64,000 bases of DNA from Macrostomum lignano. Its lineage: Eukaryota. Every line of letters starts with the position of its first letter. Position 1 is the stretch's first letter. Shown piece by piece: positions 49,266-61,913 of the stretch. Made by a program: the position numbers and the translations under genes. Under the pieces are notes generated by a model. The model ran no database searches, was not told the DNA's origin, and saw only the letters and a list, made by a program, of their open reading frames with translations. Where the stretch lies: NCBI GenBank assembly GCA_002269645.1, contig NIVC01002325.1:119587-183586 (forward strand). The letters run 5' to 3'.

Positions 49266-51262
49266 GTAGCAGAGATTTATAGGAAATGAGAGCCTGTTGG
49301 TAAGATAGTGTAACTTAAATGAAATGATGGCACTAAAAATTGACTCTAAGCAAATGAAACATCAGACAATATAAGCAGTGAATAGGTGAATAGCATGTAT
49401 TGTTACTTCATAATTAAATCTAACAAAATTCAAGTATATGTGCCACAAGATTAAAAAAAATGGTGTACCAAATGTACACCAGCTGTCACAAGTGTTTACC
49501 AGAAATTTCTAGCATAAATGACATGATCTTAAGTGTAGAACACAGGCTGCTATTAGCTTGGGATGCAACAATCATGCACACCTACACCTCAAGTCATCTG
49601 CATATCCCTGCTATCACTTCCCATGTAGCTGCTATTTTAGCCAAGGCTTACAAATCAGCCAAGTATACTGATTACTAACCTAGGCAACTACCACAGCTCC
49701 CAACTGGTCAGTATAGACTCTAGGTACCTTTGGTCCCCATGCCCTAGAGCTTATTATTGCTCTTATGGCTTGAATCTAGGCCCATTCTAGCAAGCAGAGG
49801 TCACAAAGGCACTTTTTACTAGTAAATTGGGATAGCCCCTTTTATAGCTTTTATAATATTATAGCTTTTATAATATTAAGATGACCTTTATCAATCTCCA
49901 TTTTTAATTCTTTGTTTACTTTTTACTTAATATATTTTTACAATTTAAATGGAATAATGAATATATATTTTTGCTATATTTTATGTTCATTAAAATAATA
50001 ATGACTTATGTTATACTGGTATGTATACTTGTAGCATGCCATAGTTTAGAAAGTGACATACGCTAAGATTTTCTAGTATACAATAGAGATACTTATTTTT
50101 TTCAGTATATATCAATGTATATTCTGATATATATGCTGCATATGATACATATGTATAGGTTATATGATGTGCCTTAAAATATATTATGCAAATACAAAAA
50201 AGCATTTAACTTTGGGTATATATACCCTACATTCTGGATCATGTAATATATATCCAAAAATTGGCCTAGCATGCCAAAAGTTAGATGTACACAATTGGCA
50301 TACATTACTCTTAAGAAAGTAGTATATATGCATACCTGGCATGCACTTTCTAAAATCACATGGGAGTTAGTATTAAGTTAAGTTAAAAGAACAATGAAAA
50401 ATTCATTTTTAAGTATAAATTTTAAGCTTTCTGGTTTTAAATCATTCAAACTATAGCATTTTACATTGAAATTAGTATAAGCATAAATGAAAAAAAAATT
50501 GATGAAATTATGAGCCAAAAAGGGTCCTTTATGCAACACAGAAAGGTCATTCATTGTTGCATACAAAAAAGGTATTAATTGTCATAATACTATATTGGCC
50601 TAGATTTGAGAGTGTAGATGTGCACTCAATTTTTTTGGTATGCATTTGAAATTATTCAATTTTTATTTGGGCATGCACTTAGCATGATCCAGACTGTGGA
50701 TGACATAGGCAGGCCCCCTAGTAAAAACATTTTTAGTCCAAAAAATGTTTGACTAATAATAGGGTTAGACTACTAGGCCTTAGCTAAATAATATCAAGCT
50801 TGTTTGAAAAATATTAATGCTGGTTAAATAAGCATTGCCTTAAAAACAAGCTAGGCCCTAGCATAGGCTCATTCTAGATAAGATAGATATATTTAGAAAA
50901 TAGAAAAAAGTCAATATTTTTGCTTGCCATTCATTGCCTTATTAGCCATTTTTTGCCAATGGCAAATTTTTTAAATTTGTAATATACAATCTAAGAATAA
51001 ATGAATGGGAAAATGTTAAATTAGTATGTTATCAATTGGCAAAAAGTCATTTTTGTAAAAATTCAGACATTTTTCTAAGCAAAAGACATCATTAAGTTTG
51101 TGTACTTTTAAAAACAAATAGAAAGCTTTGGAAGGTTGAAACAAACTATAGATAAAATTATAGTACTTGAATAATCAGATAAAAACATTAGTGACTATAT
51201 AATCTATTATATTTTTAATACATTAGTACCTCAAAGTTATTGAATTGACAGTAAAAAATATG

Positions 51263-51372
51263 GGCTATCCTGTAGTTTCGCACGTTTAATTATTTCCGGA
51301 ATTATTTCGCCCTCTATTCAAGGGTGGTGGGGGTGGGGGTTGGAATTAAACGTGCGAAACTACAGGATAGCC
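51263..51372. mobile_element. 110-bp MITE, perfect 29-bp TIRs, 8-bp TSD AAAATATG
   Basis: GGCTATCCTGTAGTTTCGCACGTTTAATT ... AATTAAACGTGCGAAACTACAGGATAGCC, flanked by AAAATATG on both sides. Confidence 0.9.
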
Positions 51373-51418
51373 AAAATATGTTATGACCATTTAATAAGAT
51401 TAGGCCATACAGAATTGG

Positions 51419-51997
51419 CCATAGTCTGGATCATGGCCTATACGCCAAATTAATTTGGCGTACAGTCACCCCTTGCTAACCCTATTGGCGTACATTAGCG
51501 TACAACCAAAAAATTGGGCTCTACCTATTGGCGTGAGTGGCATACACGCTGTTGCTGTTGCAACTTGCAATGTAATGTGTACACATAAACATCGTTTTTT
51601 TAGGAATTTGCACCATAATTTAAAAAATGGAATTTTTGTTAGAAATACATTTACTTTAACAAAATATATTCCCATCTATTGTTCTATTGAATAATTTTAA
51701 TATTCTAATAAACCTGCTGCTAGAGGCATAATATATATTTTACTTGCTTGCAGTATAACAGGGATATATATAACATAGGTGTAACTGTATTTAAATTGCG
51801 ATATGCTCCATTTTTCGTTAACTTATATTTTTCGTTTCGTTAATTTTTCATTGAATAGTTTTGAAGTAGGAAATTTGTACCTGTAAAAGTGGCGTACAGT
51901 TAGGGAAGGAAGAAAAAATTTGGCGTACATTGGCGTACAAACTGTGGATCCATCAAGTTTTAGTTTGGCATACACCCTGCCATGATCAGGACTATGG
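51419..51997. mobile_element. 579-bp non-autonomous TIR element, 8-bp TSD AGAATTGG (hAT/P-like)
   Basis: CCATAGTCTGGATCATGGC ... GCCATGATCAGGACTATGG; subterminal TTGGCGTACA repeats; TSD at 51411..51418 and 51998..52005. Confidence 0.85.
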
Positions 51998-52821
51998 AGA
52001 ATTGGCTATGCTTCTTTAGATTTAAAAATATAAATAGGCCATAGCAGAAAAGAGCAAAAGGACAAACTCAAACTCAAAAAATTGACTGGCTTCAATGCCT
52101 AGGGGCCTATCAATATAAATAAATAGAAATAGTTCTATCGCCATGACATACTATAGGCCTAGGACAGGTAGCTAATTCTATCAAAGGCTACAAAGCCCAC
52201 CTACACTAGGCCTAGTGACCTACGACCTATCCTATACATCAGACAGTCTGAGACAGAACAGCACATACAATATAGGCCTATTCATTGACATTAGATTAAA
52301 TAATTTCTAGCATGACCTCAGCACAAAGAGTTCAGCATAGGTCGGTCAGTCGGAGGTCCATTAAAAACTTTAGACGTAAGAATGAAGAAGTAGTAGTAGA
52401 CTAGTAGTTAGTTTGGCTCAGGCAGGAAGCCTGTTTGGCCAGTATATGTCAATGTTTAATAAAAATTCAAGAGTAGGCCTAGAAAGAAATATTCATGCAT
52501 AAGTATGTGAGGGCCCCGCCGCGGTTTCGGTTTCCCAATAGTTTTATGTATTCAGACAGTACATTCAAAACGATCGTGTGTAACTTAACAAAATTGACCT
52601 GCTTCAACCATCTTTAAGCATATATTTACGCAATTGTTGGGCGTCGAATGAGCTTTAATTCAATGTACTGAAGTAAAAATCTTTTGAAGATACATTGATT
52701 CAAAAATTGCTTAGCAACACTCTGATTAGACATCGCTTTACCGTTGACTTAAAGTTTTTTCAACCGTAGCAGCAGCCTAAAAGCAGATGCTGGATTAAAA
52801 AATGCCTCGATTAACTTTTTA

Positions 52822-53150
52822 CGCATGTCTCAGCTTTTAAATGACACCTCAGCCACCGCAAAAAAACGGCTCCGAATCCGGAATTTTCGACACTAAACAA
52901 TGGCTTAGCGCAAACTCACATTCGGAAATTTTACTTATTTTTTATCAATATTTGTTGAGCTGCTGTGTCCTTGTTTTTCATCAGAATCTCGTCAAATTCT
53001 AGTCATGTCTATATTCGCATGTCTTAGCTTTAAATAACACCTCAGTCACCGCAAAATACGGCTCTGATACAGTGATACTGAGATATTCGACACTAAACAT
53101 TGCTTTGCGCATGAAACTCACATTCGGAAATTTTACTCATTTTTATGATG
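52822..53150. repeat. Imperfect ~195-bp tandem duplication
   Basis: CGCATGTCT..CACCTCAG..CACATTCGGAAATTTTACT occurs at ~52822 and ~53017. Confidence 0.75.
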
Positions 53151-53239
53151 TTTGATGCTATGATCTTATCAATATTTGAAGCCCACACTCTCAACCTCTT
53201 TCAGTGCTTACAGGGGTCTCCATATCCCATTATGGGATG

Positions 53240-53935
53240 CTGTGAGGTTCAAATTGTTACACGGACGGATCCATCAAAGACAGCTACAACGCCAGCTTTC
53301 GGAGTCCAGCACAGCACACTGGCGGACTCTCCACCGTCTTCTAGAAAGAAGTCCTTATTATATCAGCTCCTGCGCCGCAGAGCTGAATGCCAAGGGTATG
53401 AGAGGAGAGACTATCGTCATCCATTCTGACAGCCAAGCGGCTTTAGGCGGCCTTTGCCACACCACTAAGAACTCTCGGAAAGTCGCTGCGCTCGGGCAGC
53501 TCAACCTATATGGCCAGTAGCAATAATACTGTCATCCGAAGTGGATCCCATAGTACGCATGCAGGGTTTCCGGGGAACGAGCTGGCAGACACCCTCGCCA
53601 AAAATTTCGGCTTTGGCTCTTTCCTTGGCCCTGAGCCCATGGCCCATATCCCTTCTACGGTCATCAATCGTCAGATCGTCAGCAATCACACACTGCGGTT
53701 CAGTCCTTCCTAACCAAAGCGGAAGGATATTCGCACCCTTGTTATGACTTTTACGGGCCATAGTTGCTACCTCGACAGGTACTGCTTCCTCCGAGGCGAC
53801 CTCGAGAGTAAACTTTGCCCTTTTTTGATTACGGCAACGAAGATGCTCAGCAACATTGTCTGCCACTGCTCTTTCTTTTACCTTTCATTTACCAGAGACC
53901 GGATATGCTACCTATGGATAGGCTTAGGCTAGGGA
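53240..53935 (+). mobile_element. Degenerate non-LTR retrotransposon RNase H domain (I/Loa/R1-type)
   Basis: YTDGS, STVF*KEV, IHSDSQAAL, H-GFPGNELADTLAK and FLGPEP motifs across frameshifts. Confidence 0.85.
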
Positions 53936-53994
53936 TCGGCAAACATTTTACCTAAAGGGCCAGATAAGTAACCTAACGCATGACTGCGGGCCAG

Positions 53995-54325
53995 AGGAGG
54001 GCAGAGAGGAGAAAAAAGAGGCGAGAGAAGAGAGACGAAATAGGAGAAGAGAAGAGACGAGAATAAAATAGAAGAGAAGAGAGGACAGAAGAGGAGATGA
54101 GAGGAAAGGAGAGGAGAGAAGAGGAGAAGAGAAGAGAGGAGATGAGAGGAGAGGAGAGGAGAGGAGAGGAGAGGAGAGGAGATGAGAGGAGAGAAGAGGA
54201 GAGGAGAGGAGAGGAGAGGAGAGGAGAGGAGAGGAGAGGAGATGAGAGGAAAGGAGAGGAGAGGAGAGGAGAGGAGAAGAGAGGAGAGGAGGGGAGACGA
54301 GAGAAGAGAAGAGAGGGGAGAGGAG
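53995..54325. repeat. (GAGGA)n-type microsatellite
   Basis: Direct reading. Confidence 0.95.
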
Positions 54326-54382
54326 AGCTGAGAAGGCACAAACCTTCAGCGGACCGGATTGCTATAGTGTATAGTCTCAAAG

Positions 54383-54670
54383 GCCATCACAAAACTGCAA
54401 TCGCCAATTCTCAAAGCCCGGCTCTGCCATCACAAAACTGCAATCGCCAATTCTCAAAGCCCGGCTCTGCCATCACAAAACTGCAATCGCCAATTCTCAA
54501 AGCCCGGCTCTGCCATCACAAAACTGCAATCGCCAATTCTCAAAGCACGGCTCTGCCATCACAAAACTGCAATCGTCAATTCTCAAAGCCCGGCTCTGCC
54601 ATCACAAAACTGCAATCGCCAATTCTCAAAGCCCGGCTCTGCCATCACAAAACTGCAATCGCCAATTCTC
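54383..54670. repeat. 43-bp minisatellite x ~7
   Basis: AAAGCCCGGCTCTGCCATCACAAAACTGCAATCGCCAATTCTC. Confidence 0.95.
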
Positions 54671-55254
54671 TCAGCTGCCAACAGCGATTTGTGAGCTAGA
54701 CGGCAATAGCATTTGCTGGAGTATTTACTGCATAAAATGGCAAATATTCCAGCAGCTGAAAGGCAAAGCATTGCGCCGCATCATACGCTGGCAAAGGAAA
54801 GCAGATTAATCTGGGCCGTCATGGAGTGACAGCAAATAAGCAGAAAAGTTAAAGGAATAATCATAAACGATGCGCACTGCAACATCCTGCAGCTAATAAA
54901 TAAAGCTTAAGATCAACATTTATGGCGAAAACCAACGCGTTTCAACCCACTAGGGCCGTCGTCAGGGTATATTTTATCATTGAACGAAACACTCAATATA
55001 AATAAGCAAACGATTGTACTATCTCAAGTGTCATTTGAAAACGGAAAATTAAGCGAGCAACTTGAATATGACTTTAACCTGAACTTGCCATGGCTTTAGC
55101 CAGTTACCTGAACTAAATAAACTTAGTTCAGCAACACAACCGATTGCTTTTAAAATATTATTGCTGGTGATAAGAGGTTGAAGAAACCTCGGAATACGGT
55201 CCAATTTTCTTGGTTCAGCTGCCAAAGGAGATTCAAATTTCAAAAATGCAGTCT

Positions 55255-56115
55255 TGGAGCCCGTCGGCCTCTCCGGCATCTCCGCGATAGAGGAGCCGGC
55301 CTCAGCCATTCTGGACGGGGCTGGAATGATTGGGTAATGTTTGATAGCACTCTGCCTGGCACTCTGCCTGGCACTCCGTCTAGCACACCGCCTGGCACTC
55401 TGTCTAGCACACTGCCTGGCACTCTGTCTAGCACACTGTCTGGCACTCTGTTTAGCACACTATCGAACACACTACCTGGCACTCTGTCTAGCACAGGCCT
55501 GGTACTCTGTCTAGCACACTGCCTAACACACTACCTGGCACTCTGTCTAGCACACTGCCTGGCACTTTGTCTAGCACTCTGCCTGGCACTCGTTCTAGCA
55601 CACTGTCTAACACACTACCTGGCACTCTGTTGGGGACTCTATCTAGTTATCTGCACAGCACTTATCTAGCACTCTGTCTTGTAGGCCCCCTTATCTTGCC
55701 CTCTGCCTAGCACTATCCACCCTTCTATCTACCCCTCAATCTACCCCTATCTAGCCCTTTATACACCCCCTATCTAGCTCCTTATCTAGCCTTCTATCTA
55801 CCCCTCTATTTTACCCTCTATCTAGCTCTCTACCGGGTCGTCTATCTACCATTCTGACTACTCGTACCTAGCACTGACGATTCTGACGGACAGGTAAAAT
55901 TGCTGAAGCAGCATCGCGTGGCACTGCTAGAGTGTCGGGTAGAAGCCTAGAAGGTTATAATATATTACCACATTAATACCAAACTCAACTTTAGCCATTC
56001 GAAAATGTTGAAACTTTTATTTTATATTTAAATCATATAAAAACAAAAAAGCCGCTAAACGGTAAAATCGGAAAAAGCGTCACACCGGCTGCAGCAGGCC
56101 CACAGAGTCTGCCGG
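55255..56115. repeat. Direct-orientation paralogue of ~62481..63450 (22-bp-unit repeat plus 3' end of copy J)
   Basis: Shared GGAGCCCGTCGGCCTCTCCGGCATCTCC start, GATTCTGACGG.CAGGTAAAA, and GCGTCACACCGGCTGCAGCA (~56078 and ~63416). Confidence 0.75.
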
Positions 56116-56213
56116 GGGGGTGAGAACTATTGAAATCTCTGAGTCTATTGAAAGACTTCAGGCTCCATGAGGGAATTTAGAATCTGTAAACAGGACTTCA
56201 CGATCTTAGCATC

Positions 56214-58140
56214 TATTATGGAACTTAGGGATCTATAATGGAACTTGGGGATCTATAATGGAACTTAGGGATCTATTATGGAACTTGGGGATCTATAATG
56301 GAACTTGGGGATCTATTATGGAACTTGGGGATCTATAATGGAACTTAGGGATCTATAATGGAACTTGGGGATCTATAATGGAACTTAGGGATCTATTATG
56401 GAACTTGGGGATCTATAATGGAACTTAGGGATCTATTATGGAACTTGGGGATCTATTATGGAACTTGGGGATCTATAATGGAACTTGGGGATCTATTATG
56501 GAACTCGGGGATCTACTCGTATTATCGAACTTGGGGATCTATTATGGAACTTGGGATCTATTATGGAACTTAGGGATCTATTATGGAACTTCGGGATCTG
56601 TCATGGAACTTGGGGATCTATTATGGAACTTCGGGATCTGTCATGGAACTTGGGGATCTATTATGGAACTTCGGGATCTGTCATGGAACTTGGGGATCTA
56701 TTATGGAACTTCGGGATCTGTCATGGAACTTGGGGATCTATTATGGAACTTGGGGATCTATTATGGAACTTCGGGATCTATTATGGAACTTCGGGATCTG
56801 TCATGGAACTTGGGGATCTATTATGGAACTTCGGGATCTGTCATGGAACTTGGGGATCTATTATGGAACTTCGGGATCTGTCATGGAACTTGGGGATCTA
56901 TTATGGAACTTCGGGATCTGTCATGGAACTTGGGGATCTATTATGGAACTTCGGGATCTGTCATGGAACTTGGGGATCTATTATGGAACTTCGGGATCTG
57001 TCATGGAACTTGGGGATCTATTATGGAACTTGGGGATCTGTCATGGAACTCGGGGATCTATTATGGAACTTGGGGATCTATTATGGAACTTGGGGATCTA
57101 TTATGGAACTTGGGGATCTATTATGGAACTTCGGGATCTGTCATGGAACTTGGGATCTATTATGGAACTCGGGATCTATTATGGAACTTGGGGATCTATT
57201 ATGGAACTTGGGGATCTATTATGGAACTTGGGGATCTATCATGGAACTCGGGATCTATTATCGAACTTGGGGATCTATTATGGAACTTGGGGATCTATTA
57301 TGGAACTTGGGGATCTATTATGGAACTTCGGGATCTGTCATGGAACTTGGGGATCTATTATGGAACTTCGGGATCTGTCATGGAACTTGGGGATCTATTA
57401 TGGAACTTCGGGATCTGTCATGGAACTTGGGGATCTATTATGGAACTTCGGGATCTGTCATGGAACTTGGGGATCTATTATGGAACTTGGGGATCTGTCA
57501 TGGAACTCGGGGATCTATTATGGAACTTGGGGATCTATTATGGAACTTGGGGATCTATTATGGAACTTGGGGATCTATTATGGAACTTCGGGATCTGTCA
57601 TGGAACTTGGGATCTATTATGGAACTCGGGGATCTATTATGGAACTTGGGGATCTATTATGGAACTTGGGGATCTATTATGGAACTTGGGGATCTATCAT
57701 GGAACTCGGGGATCTATTATCGAACTTGGGGATCTATTATGGAACTTGGGGATCTATTATGGAACTTGGGGATCTATTATGGAACTTCGGGATCTGTCAT
57801 GGAACTTGGGGATCTATTATGGAACTTCGGGATCTGTCATGGAACTTGGGGATCTATTATGGAACTTGGGGATCTATTATGGAACTTGGGGATCTATTAT
57901 GGAACTTCGGGATCTGTCATGGAACTTGGGGATCTATTATGGAACTTGGGGATCTGTTATGGAACTTGGGGATCTATTATGGAACTTGGGATCTGTCATG
58001 GAACTTGGGGATCTATTATGGAACTTGGGGATCTATTATGGAACTTGGAGATCTATTATGGAACTTGGGGATCTATTATGGAACTTGGGGATTTATTATG
58101 GAACTTGGGGATCTATCATGGAACTTGGGGATCTATCATA
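56214..58140. repeat. ~1.9-kb 20/21-bp satellite (GGAACTTGGGGATCTATTAT)n
   Basis: Direct reading; two alternating unit variants. Confidence 0.97.
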
Positions 58141-58654
58141 GACTTTTGGGTCTATTAAGAGACTTTTGGATTGGAAAGCAGTGAAAAAACCTGACTGACT
58201 GAGGGCTGATTTCCCCTAGCATAGCGGGAATCGGTTGCAAGTTTCTTAGCAAGCGCGAAATTTCTTAGTGAGCCGCAGTAACTGCAGAAACAGGTAAAAA
58301 TGAGCACCGAAGCTGGTTTGAAGATGCAGACACTGCATGCGCACAGCTACTATATTTCAAGTGAAGAGAAATATACCAGAGCTGGAGTCGCCACGGTCGT
58401 GTCTCATTCGCACGGCTAAAAATGTGCAGATTCAGCAGCCCGGCTCAGTTCGGCGGCTTGCCGTCATCTCCGGCCAGCAGCCCCCGGCGCTCCTCGGCCT
58501 CGCCAGCCAGCTGGCCGCTGAAGAGCCGCAGAAACTCGGAGCCGCAGGCGAAGTGCAGCAAGAGGAAAATGGCAAATATGAGGCTCTGCAGGGGGTGCGG
58601 ACAGAACTCGATTCACAATTTAGCTCTGGCCAGTGACCTCAAGTGAACCCTGCC

Positions 58655-58830
58655 TCCATGCCAGCCTAGCGGTTACAGTGTCGGACTCCCGACTTGAAGG
58701 TGAGGGGTTCGATTCCCGATCCCACTGGAACAGAGTGTGTCCATGAGCAAGACACTTAAGTCTGCATTGCTTCAGTTCACTCAGCTGTAAAATGGGTGCC
58801 AGCATTAGCTGGGGTAATTGAGGGTGTGTG
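58655..58830 (+). mobile_element. tRNA-derived SINE with CORE(MIR)-like central domain
   Basis: B box GGTTCGATTCC at 58706..58716, then GTGTCCATGAGCAAGACACTTAA..CTTCAGTTCACTCAGCTGTAAAATGGG, which resembles the CORE consensus as recalled. Confidence 0.7.
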
Positions 58831-58936
58831 GCGCCCCCCCCCCCCTGATGTGCGAGGATCCCAAAAATCCCTGGGTCGAATTGAACCTGGGTACTCCAGA
58901 TTCAGACGCATTAACTACTGCTCTGCTCTATTCGAT

Positions 58937-59348
58937 CTACTTGTGCTGTCTGAGTTGCTGGGCGGCGGCAACATCAAGGCAAATTACCATGAAAAAAGCA
59001 GAAAGCAGCAGAAACAGGCCGCATCCAAAAGAGAGCGCAGCAGGGACCTCGCTTAAGTCTCCCCGGCCGACAACGCCAGGTAGGCAGACTCCGATAGCCG
59101 GCAGGTTGAGCAGCAGGCCGCAGACCCAGTAAGCCGGGGATGGAGCTGCGCTGCTTCAAAACTCGCCACGCAGCCGCGATGCCCAAGGCCGAAGTCACCG
59201 CGATGACGGGGCTGCTCCAGTAGACGGCCGGAACGCCAGAGCCGTCAGTCGCGCACCAGATGCACGCGGCGAACAGGACCCAAGCCACGATAAACTGCTG
59301 CCCGTACCAAAACATGCTTCTTATCATGTAGGTCCTGGTGGCCACCAT
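58937..59348 (-). CDS. Small divergent four-TM protein, copy G (possible MS4A-like); one frameshift at ~59137
   Basis: Four hydrophobic segments if one C is removed from a C4 run (…SSIPAYWVCGLLLNL…LFLLLSAFFMVICLDV…HK*); YWSSPVIAVTS resembles TM2. CAG acceptor 2 nt before the ATG. Confidence 0.5.
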
Positions 59349-59391
59349 CTCTGCAACTGAGAAGTAGCGAGGGAAAGATGAAAGCTACAGC

Positions 59392-59922
59392 CACTCACTC
59401 ACTCACTCACTCTCTCACTCACTCGCTCACTCACTCACTCACTCACTCACTCACTCTCTCACTCACTCACTCTCTCACTCACTCGCTCGCTCACTCACTC
59501 ACTCTCTCACTCACTCACTCACTCTCTCACTCACTCACTCGCTCACTCACTTACTCACTCACTTACTTACTCACCCACTTACTCACTCACTCACTCACTC
59601 ACTCACTCACTTACTCACTCACTCACTTACTCACTCACTCACTCTCTCACTCACTCACTCACTCTCTCACTCACTCGCTCACTCACTTACTCACTCACTC
59701 GCTCACTCACTCACTCACTCACTCACTCACTCACTCTCTCACTCACTCACTCACTCTCTCACTCACTCGCTCGCTCACTCACTCACTCACTTACTCACTC
59801 ACTTACTTACTCACCCACTTACTCACTCACTCATTCACTCACTTACTCACTCACTCACTCTCTCACTCACTCACTCACTCACTCACTTACTCACTCACTC
59901 ACTCATTCACTCACTTACTCAC
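59392..59922. repeat. (ACTC)n microsatellite
   Basis: Direct reading. Confidence 0.97.
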
Positions 59923-60275
59923 ATTGATCGGGTTTGATTTTAATCTGTTTAACACTGTTTTGAGAGAAACGATTGTTCTCGCTTATACTGTATGCCATGG
60001 TTTTGCATTCGCATGTTTTGATTGGTTTCTCTAAAATCAAATTCTTAATGTCAATCGTTTTTTGATATGCCATCTGTTTGCAGACGTTATTTCAGTGAAG
60101 TTATTCGTGAAGGATATACGAGCACTGTGGAAAAGATTAATAGCGCGCCCAGACTCTCAAATTGGTTGCTCCATAGACCCCCTTTTGGAGCATAGACAAT
60201 AAAAAGCAAGTCTTCAACAGCTTGATTCTCCCAACAAGGAATAAATTGCTTGCTAATAGGCTCAGTTAGTTTGGT

Positions 60276-60391
60276 ATGTCTATTTATAGCAATCAGATGT
60301 GTTACAAACACGTGGTATGTCTATTTATAGCAATCAGATGTGTTACAAACACGTGTATGTCTATTTATAGCAATCAGATGTGTTACAAACA
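60276..60391. repeat. ~40-bp tandem repeat x 3
   Basis: GTATGTCTATTTATAGCAATCAGATGTGTTACAAACAC. Confidence 0.9.
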
Positions 60392-61389
60392 CGGCCGGTC
60401 GGCGGTCGCCCGATCCCACAGACGCAGGTGTCATCTTTAGTAAGTAGAAAAAACATTTTAGTATATTGGATAACCTAGATAGGTTTAAATAAACTGTAGA
60501 CGGGTTTCGTGTTAAATCAATGAAGAAGAGTCACGCCGTGGTTTGCCTTCGCTTTGCTTCTTTTATTGCTTGAGTTGTCTTGAGTGTAGAAGAGGGTAAG
60601 CGAGAGAAAATGCTAGCCAGCTGCTGCGTACTTATCATTTATTTTTGGCCTTCCGGAAATTTCTAAATTATTTGAGTACAGTAAAACATTCTACACTTGG
60701 TATTGTTTGTACAGTATTCATATCAAGTATGATGATAAATAACAGTAATTAAATAAATATCGAGTTATTACAAAACCCCATGCGAGCGTATAACATCTGC
60801 ACCAGAAGCAATCAAGCACTGAAGAGCATCAAATAAACATTGGATCTACATCTACAAATGTACTACAGAAAGAAACGATACAATGCACTGCAAGCTATTC
60901 ACACAAGAAATATTTTCCTTTCTTTCATTAGGCTCAAGATGCTCAAAAGACGTCTTTTTCGTCTGTCGTTAGATAAATAACATCAATAGCTGCGATTTTA
61001 GATATTGAATCATAATGTTGTGATTGGGATCCGTTGTAAAGACGCCACTCCGAATCACTCGTATCAACTAAATAGGTTGACCAAACTCTTTACATCTACA
61101 TAGATTTACTTATGAAAAGAAATGGCTTATTCAGAGTACATGCAATTATGCACAGTATAAAATAACATTCAGGCTTCAGCCTAGTATGCACGTTCATGTA
61201 CACTCGGACACATCCATCTCTGTAAGAGTTCAGACTGCCTTCTGAAGAGGTTGAGATTCTGGCTGATGCTGCTGAACCTGTTGGTAAGTTCGAGAAGCCG
61301 ATGCCGCATTGGCGGCCGAAAAGTAGGCCTTGATAGGGCGATAGCAAAGCTGCGTCCTTATGAGGTTATGAGATCAATGTGCGGCTGGT

Positions 61390-61690
61390 TCATCCGCTGC
61401 TGCATGCACTGCTGCTGCTGCGTGGCTGGCTGTATTTGCAGCAGCAGGAGGCGCGGCAGACGTTGCAACTGTGCACCAAGGCGATGACCAGGCCGAAGGC
61501 TAGCAGCAGGAGCAGATCAGGCTGGTTGCAGGCAGCGACTCGACGATCATGGCGGTGAAGGCCATGAGAGCGTTCAGGCAGCTCAGCACCAGGCAGGCCA
61601 CCACGCCGCACTTTGTGCCGGCACGCCGGCCAGCAGTAAGAAGGTCTGACGTCAGACCAGACGCCACCGGCCGCCAGCGAGCATCCGTTG
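61390..61690 (-). pseudogene. Degraded MS4A-like fragment, copy H
   Basis: GGVWS, CGVVACLVLS and LVIALVHSCNVCRASCCC lie in different frames, with internal deletions. Confidence 0.7.
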
Positions 61691-61913
61691 CCGATGCCCG
61701 AGCGGAGTATCGCTTAGGTGTAGCTCTGAGCTCAGTTGTGGTAGCTCAGGTGTGGTACTCATGATGGTAGCTCAGGTGTGGTGCTCATGATGGTAGCTCA
61801 GGTGTGGTGCTCATAATAATAGCTCAGGTGTGTGATGCTCGTGATGGTAGCTCAAGTAGCTCAGACCAAGTACGTAGCTGGGGGAGGCTGCTTGCTGTCC
61901 CCGCCACAATTTA

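Noticed and set aside
56438-58184. Three 530-570-aa ORFs
   Set aside because: All three frames of a 20/21-bp satellite are open; this is a repeat artefact.
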